Part shown: piece by piece, positions 38,249 to 42,755 of the stretch
How positions within the stretch are numbered: the first letter of the stretch is position 1
Layout: each line of letters opens with the position of its first letter
NCBI GenBank assembly: GCA_038850285.1
Contig: JAWCMA010000002.1
Span: 67,783 to 110,537 of the forward strand
Reading direction: 5' to 3'
Source: Methanocellales archaeon
GTDB lineage: Archaea; Halobacteriota; JAWCLZ01
Length of the DNA: 42,755 nucleotides
Translations under genes and position numbers: made by a program
The notes under the pieces: model-generated
Databases searched by the model: none
Told to the model about the DNA's origin: nothing
What the model saw: only the letters and a program-made list of their open reading frames with translations

Positions 38249-39730
38249 ATGAATAAGATAAGAGTTCTGCTCTTAGGCTCGCCAGAGGTACAGCGGGACT
38301 TCGATTTCAGCTCAAAAATCCCTAATCTCGGCATTGCTTCCATCGCTGGAAATATAAATGATATCTGTGAAGTTAAAATCGCAGATTTAGTGGTTCTAAA
38401 GCCAAAGGAAGTTGAGCCATTTTTAATAAAAACTTTGAAGAGTTTTCAGCCAGATGTAGTTGGCTTCTCCTGCATGAGCTTTCAATATCCACGTGCAATT
38501 AACCTAGCTAGAATTGTGAAGGAGCAAAATCAAGCTAAAACAGTTTTCGGGGGATACCACGCTACGCTAATGCATGAGGAAATCACAAAAAGCCGCGATA
38601 GCGATGCAATTGACTTCATAGTTCGGGGAGAAGGGGAGAAGACATTTAGGGAATTAATTCAAGCAATGAGAAAAAACTCTGGATATAAAGACATAAAAGG
38701 TCTATCCTATAAGGAAAATGGGGAGTTCAAGCATAACGCGAATAGAGAGCTTCTAGATCTAAATGAAATCAAACTCCCGGATCGCAGCTGTAGATTGCTT
38801 ACTAAGGGATTCCACGCTTTTGGAGCAAGCATAGATGCAGTGGAAACAAGCCGCGGGTGCGTGCAGGGATGTAAATTTTGCAGTATAGATAGAATGTATG
38901 GCAAGAGCTTTAGAAAGTACACTCTGGAGAGAGTAATAGAGGACATAAGACAAGTAAAGAAACACGGCTTTAAATCAGCTGTTTTCTCAGATGACAATAT
39001 AACTCTTGATATAAATAGATTTAAAAAACTCTGCGAGTTAATAATTGAAGCCGGCCTTGATGATCTCCATTACAATACTCAAGCAAGTGCAAGGGGAATA
39101 GCACTGGATGAAAAACTAGCTGAGAAAATGGCAGAAGCTGGCTTCAAATTTGTCTTCCTAGGAATTGAAAATGTTTTAAAGCGCAATCTAGAGTTCTTCA
39201 ATAAAGGCAATCTCTCAGATGAAGCTTCAAAGGCAGTTAAACTCCTTCGCGATAGAGGAATAATCGTCGCAGGGGGCTTTATTATAGGCAATCCAGAGGA
39301 TGATGAGCAAGACCTCTGGATCAACTTCGAAATGGCTAGGCAGATGAAGATCGACTTTCCAATTTTCTTCATAGCTACCCCTTATCCAAAGACCAAGCTC
39401 CGGGAAGAACTCTTAGAACTTGGACTGGTGGTTAATCTTGATGATTTTTCTACCTATGATGGCATATATGCAAATGTTCGAACCAAATATCTCACTCGCG
39501 AGGAAATACAGTATAATATGTGGAAAATGGCAGCTTCCTATTATGACTATGAATGGATGCGCTGGAATTTAATGCGCAGGCACTATCCCGTTTATTTCTA
39601 TAAGGAGCTGCTTAAACTCACGCCCAAATATCTCTATAGAAAGCTCCTTCGAAAACTAGGCTTGAAAACCGAAATGCAATTTTTTGAAGAAGATGCTAAA
39701 CGCAGGGAATTCTATAAAGGAGTGCATTAA
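38249..39730 (+). CDS. Cobalamin-binding radical SAM protein
   Basis: PNLGIASIAG, PDVVGFS, VFGGYHAT, VRGEGE, CxxxCxxC in TSRGCVQGCKFC, DDN, TPYPKT. Confidence 0.92.
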   Translation: MNKIRVLLLGSPEVQRDFDFSSKIPNLGIASIAGNINDICEVKIADLVVLKPKEVEPFLIKTLKSFQPDVVGFSCMSFQYPRAINLARIVKEQNQAKTVFGGYHATLMHEEITKSRDSDAIDFIVRGEGEKTFRELIQAMRKNSGYKDIKGLSYKENGEFKHNANRELLDLNEIKLPDRSCRLLTKGFHAFGASIDAVETSRGCVQGCKFCSIDRMYGKSFRKYTLERVIEDIRQVKKHGFKSAVFSDDNITLDINRFKKLCELIIEAGLDDLHYNTQASARGIALDEKLAEKMAEAGFKFVFLGIENVLKRNLEFFNKGNLSDEASKAVKLLRDRGIIVAGGFIIGNPEDDEQDLWINFEMARQMKIDFPIFFIATPYPKTKLREELLELGLVVNLDDFSTYDGIYANVRTKYLTREEIQYNMWKMAASYYDYEWMRWNLMRRHYPVYFYKELLKLTPKYLYRKLLRKLGLKTEMQFFEEDAKRREFYKGVH

Positions 39731-39732
39731 AT

Positions 39733-40554
39733 ATGAATATGCAATTCAAAAAACTGGATATGTCTAAATATAAACCATTTAGAGAAATGGGTAAAACCTG
39801 CAGCTCCCGCGAGATCAAGGATAAAAAAGTTATCTGGCCGAGGCTCGATGTACCCTCGCTGATGAAGGGGAGATTTAGAGTACGAACAATTGGGAGATCA
39901 GATTTAGAGAAAACTGCGGAATTCTGGAGATCAAGCTATCCCGAGGTTTATGGGTCAGACTATGGCTTTTTACTTTATCCCGAGGAAATCGAAAAACGAG
40001 CTGCATTAGTTGATAACTGGGAGGAAGATCGCATTAAGAAGCCGCATCTGGTAATTGTTCTAGAGGAAATTTCAAGTGAAAGCTTTGTTACTTCAGCGAT
40101 GCTCACCAAATTCGACCTTAACTTGGAAATAGAATTCTCCATGCTAGCCACCCATCCTGAGTGGAGGGGTAAGGGCGTGAGCAGGTTAATTGGCATAGGA
40201 ATCTATGATAAAATAGGTGAATCCGGGGCGGAGTATTTCACCACTTTCCTGGAAACTTGGCACGATATTACCCAGAAGATGCTCATAACTCGAGGTGGAC
40301 AGTGGAAGATAGCAGGAATCTTCCCTGGGAGATTTACCCGCTGGAAGGGGGGCGATCAAGAATATCGAGGCTGCGTGGTCTACATGTATAGCTTCACGGG
40401 CAAAGGTGAAGAATATGCTACTAAGCCTGATGAATGGATTTTAGCCCCTGAGTTCAAAGAGCTCTGGAATGGTATTGAGCGCTTGAATCAGAAAATAGCT
40501 GAAAAAGCAGAGAAAGTTGACGTGGAGCAGATCAAAAAACTGCTCATCCCATAA
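39733..40554 (+). CDS. GNAT-fold protein
   Basis: AcCoA motif ATHPEWRGKGVS; 2-nt gap after the radical SAM gene. Confidence 0.7.
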   Translation: MNMQFKKLDMSKYKPFREMGKTCSSREIKDKKVIWPRLDVPSLMKGRFRVRTIGRSDLEKTAEFWRSSYPEVYGSDYGFLLYPEEIEKRAALVDNWEEDRIKKPHLVIVLEEISSESFVTSAMLTKFDLNLEIEFSMLATHPEWRGKGVSRLIGIGIYDKIGESGAEYFTTFLETWHDITQKMLITRGGQWKIAGIFPGRFTRWKGGDQEYRGCVVYMYSFTGKGEEYATKPDEWILAPEFKELWNGIERLNQKIAEKAEKVDVEQIKKLLIP

Positions 40555-40632
40555 ATTTGAGGCTGAGGTTACCTTTGCGTCGCTTCCCATGATAGACTTT
40601 ATAGGGCAAATTGCAGCATTAAAAAAATTTTA

Positions 40633-40685
40633 GAAAACCTTATATAATAGAATATACTAACATTTGGTTACTAACTCAAAGTTAA
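40633..40685 (+). promoter_or_regulatory. hsp20 promoter with two HSR1-like CTAAC-N5-GTTA(C/A) operators
   Basis: BRE/TATA gaaaac-cttatata (40633-40646); CTAAC-ATTTG-GTTAC (40657-40671) and CTAAC-TCAAA-GTTAA (40671-40685). Confidence 0.7.
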
Positions 40686-40699
40686 GGAGGTGGTTTTTG

Positions 40700-41176
40700 A
40701 TGTTCAGGAGATGGTGGTGGGACCAATTTGAAGAATTGAGGAGAATGCAAGAGAGAATGTCAAGGATCTTCAACGAACTTGAGCCGCTGTTCGGCGAGCG
40801 ACTGGCGCTGCCTAGGGAAAGAAGTTGGATAAGGCCATATGAAGAACCATATACCCTAGAGCCATTTGCAGATGTACGGGAGACCGAAAAGGAAATCATT
40901 ATAACTGTTGATCTACCTGGAGTCGACAAAAAAGACATAAACATCGAAGTTCAGGGAGATTTATTAGAGATTAGCGCTGAGAAGAAATACGAAGCTGAGG
41001 AAGAACGCAAGGGATACATCAGGAGAGAGCGAGCATACAACAAATTCTATAAATCAATGAAGCTGCCCGCCGAAGTAGATGAAAGCAGAGCCGAAGCATC
41101 GCTCAATAATGGCGTACTAGAGATCACACTGCCAAAGGTCAAAGCAGCAAAAGCACGCACCATACCCGTGAAGTAA
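40700..41176 (+). CDS. Small heat shock protein (Hsp20/alpha-crystallin)
   Basis: PFADVRET, VDLPGVDKKDI, RRERAY, LPAEVD, ASLNNGVLEITLPK; SD AGGAGGTGG upstream. Confidence 0.96.
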   Translation: MFRRWWWDQFEELRRMQERMSRIFNELEPLFGERLALPRERSWIRPYEEPYTLEPFADVRETEKEIIITVDLPGVDKKDINIEVQGDLLEISAEKKYEAEEERKGYIRRERAYNKFYKSMKLPAEVDESRAEASLNNGVLEITLPKVKAAKARTIPVK

Positions 41177-41201
41177 AAAATAAAAAATAAAAAATATTAT
41201 T

Positions 41202-41621
41202 TTATTTTTTATTAAGGAGTTTTAAAATCCTCAAAGCGAGATATGCAGCATTCTCAGCACTATCTATACCAACACAAGCTACAGGTACACCTCTTGGCAT
41301 TTGAGCTATGGAAAGCAAAGCATCCAGACCCATGAGCTTGCCGCTCACAGGCACACCGATAACCGGCTTATTGGTCTTCGCAGCTATAACCCCAGGGAGC
41401 GCTGCCGATAAACCTGCTATTGCAATGAAGATCTTCGCTTCACAAGCACTTATATATTCATCAAGCTTCTCAGGCTCGCGATGCGCAGAAATAACTTGCA
41501 GGTCATATCTTACCTTTGCCTCACTCAAAATCTTAGCTGCCTTCTCAGCAACATTCATATCAGATTCTGATCCCATTATTATAGCCACATCTAGTCCCTG
41601 TTTTCGTTTTACCATTGCCAT
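41202..41621 (-). CDS. purE: N5-CAIR mutase / AIR carboxylase
   Basis: [38 protein letters not shown]; start is 41621 or 41615. Confidence 0.95.
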   Translation of the reverse strand: MAMVKRKQGLDVAIIMGSESDMNVAEKAAKILSEAKVRYDLQVISAHREPEKLDEYISACEAKIFIAIAGLSAALPGVIAAKTNKPVIGVPVSGKLMGLDALLSIAQMPRGVPVACVGIDSAENAAYLALRILKLLNKK

Positions 41622-41723
41622 TTTACCAATATAAAACAAGCAAGCTATTTAAATTCGCCGCCTAAAATAAAAGCCAATCTAAAAACTCTTATATAACTAC
41701 ATCTTAGCATAAGAACGATAAAT

Positions 41724-42755
41724 ATGGACCTTGAAACAAGGCTTTCACTGATCAAGGGAGTTGGCGAGGAAATCGTTACCGAAGAAGAATTGAGAACCTT
41801 GCTTGAAACTAAGGAAAGACCAATTGCTTACGATGGCTTTGAGCCAAGTGGAATTGCCCATCTACCCATCGGAGTCTTCCGCCCGCTTTTAATAAAGGAT
41901 TTGATTAAGGCAAAAGTTCACTTCAAACTGCTAATAGCAGATTCCTTCGCTTGGATCAACAATAAACTTGGAGGCGATTTAGAGAAAATTCGCGACTGCG
42001 GGCGCTACTTCATTGAAGTCTGGAGAGCCGCAGGCGTGGATATGGATAAAGTAGAAGTGGTCTGGCACAAGGAGCACTTCGACAACCCAGAATACTGGAA
42101 AAAAGTGATCCTCATCGCAAAAGAACATACTCTAGCACGTACACTGCGTGCTCTCACAATTGCAGGTAGAATAGGCAGCGAGAGCAATCCAGCTGCCTTC
42201 ACCTTCTATCCCTCAATGCAGTGTGCGGATATCTTCCAGCTTCAATGCGACATCTGCCAGCTAGGCTTAGACCAACGTAAGGTAAACATGCTAGCGCGTG
42301 AAATAGGGCCAAAAATTGGCTTCTGGAAGCCAGTAGTTGTAGGCCACCGCATGCTTCTAGGTTTACAGGGACCGAGGCAAGCAGAAGGCTATGATGAATT
42401 TGCAGTTTACGATAGAGCCATAAGCTCTAAAATGAGCAAGAGCAAGCCAGAAACATCGATATTTGTGCATGACTCAAGAGAGCAGATATTTCGCAAGATA
42501 CACGCTGCTTACTGCCCTGAAAAAGTGGTGGAAGACAACCCAGTCTTGGATTACTCAAGGCATATAATCCTTCGAGCTTTTAAATCCATGCTCATAGAGC
42601 GCCCTGCAAGGTATGGGGGCAATTTAGAAATATATAGCTATGGCGAGCTCGAAGAGGTCTATCGCAGCGGTAAACTCCATCCTCTGGATTTAAAGCTTGC
42701 GGTGGCAAATTATCTTGACAAATTAATAGCACCCATTAGAGAACATTTTGAGAAG
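41724..42755 (+). CDS. tyrS: Tyrosine--tRNA ligase (3'-truncated by the window edge; missing from the ORF track)
   Basis: Manual translation MDLETRL...AYDGFEPSGIAHLPIG...YPSMQCADIF...LGLDQRKVNMLARE...KMSKSKP. Confidence 0.95.
   Translation, partial: MDLETRLSLIKGVGEEIVTEEELRTLLETKERPIAYDGFEPSGIAHLPIGVFRPLLIKDLIKAKVHFKLLIADSFAWINNKLGGDLEKIRDCGRYFIEVWRAAGVDMDKVEVVWHKEHFDNPEYWKKVILIAKEHTLARTLRALTIAGRIGSESNPAAFTFYPSMQCADIFQLQCDICQLGLDQRKVNMLAREIGPKIGFWKPVVVGHRMLLGLQGPRQAEGYDEFAVYDRAISSKMSKSKPETSIFVHDSREQIFRKIHAAYCPEKVVEDNPVLDYSRHIILRAFKSMLIERPARYGGNLEIYSYGELEEVYRSGKLHPLDLKLAVANYLDKLIAPIREHFEK

Noticed and set aside
38169-40564. 9-bp inverted repeat (agcctcaaa / tttgaggct) flanking the radical SAM-GNAT pair as mobile element ends
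   Set aside because: Too short, no target-site duplication seen and no transposase or integrase; compatible with chance

Overview
A 42.8-kb archaeal chromosomal segment. The gene set (Alba, Lsm-rpl37e-purF, Dph2, MptA, MfnA, two RPA loci, NrpRII-like and DUF5788-like proteins) suggests a Halobacteriota/methanogen-related euryarchaeon; this is an inference. It is mostly housekeeping and metabolic genes, about 45 CDS. Two of these are absent from the ORF track: rpl37e and the truncated tyrS at the right edge. There are also several decaying loci: a histidine kinase with an internal deletion, a USP, a lipoprotein, an IS5-type transposase and an XRE regulator. The most notable signals are: (1) an unannotated ~85-nt minus-strand small RNA between asd and nrpRII, with a candidate BRE/TATA promoter, a U5 end, a canonical bulge-helix-bulge splicing motif and a loop carrying three C-rich anti-Shine-Dalgarno-like motifs, predicted to yield a 64-nt circular RNA; (2) a chalcone-synthase-like type III PKS coupled to a 3-hydroxyacyl-CoA dehydrogenase and sharing twin palindromic operators with a divergent KaiC-like ATPase; (3) a fluoride riboswitch upstream of a lone prenyltransferase-repeat protein, with no fluoride exporter in the window; (4) tandem HSR1-like operators on hsp20. 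No tRNA, rRNA or CRISPR array was seen. All calls come from reading motifs by eye; no searches were run.
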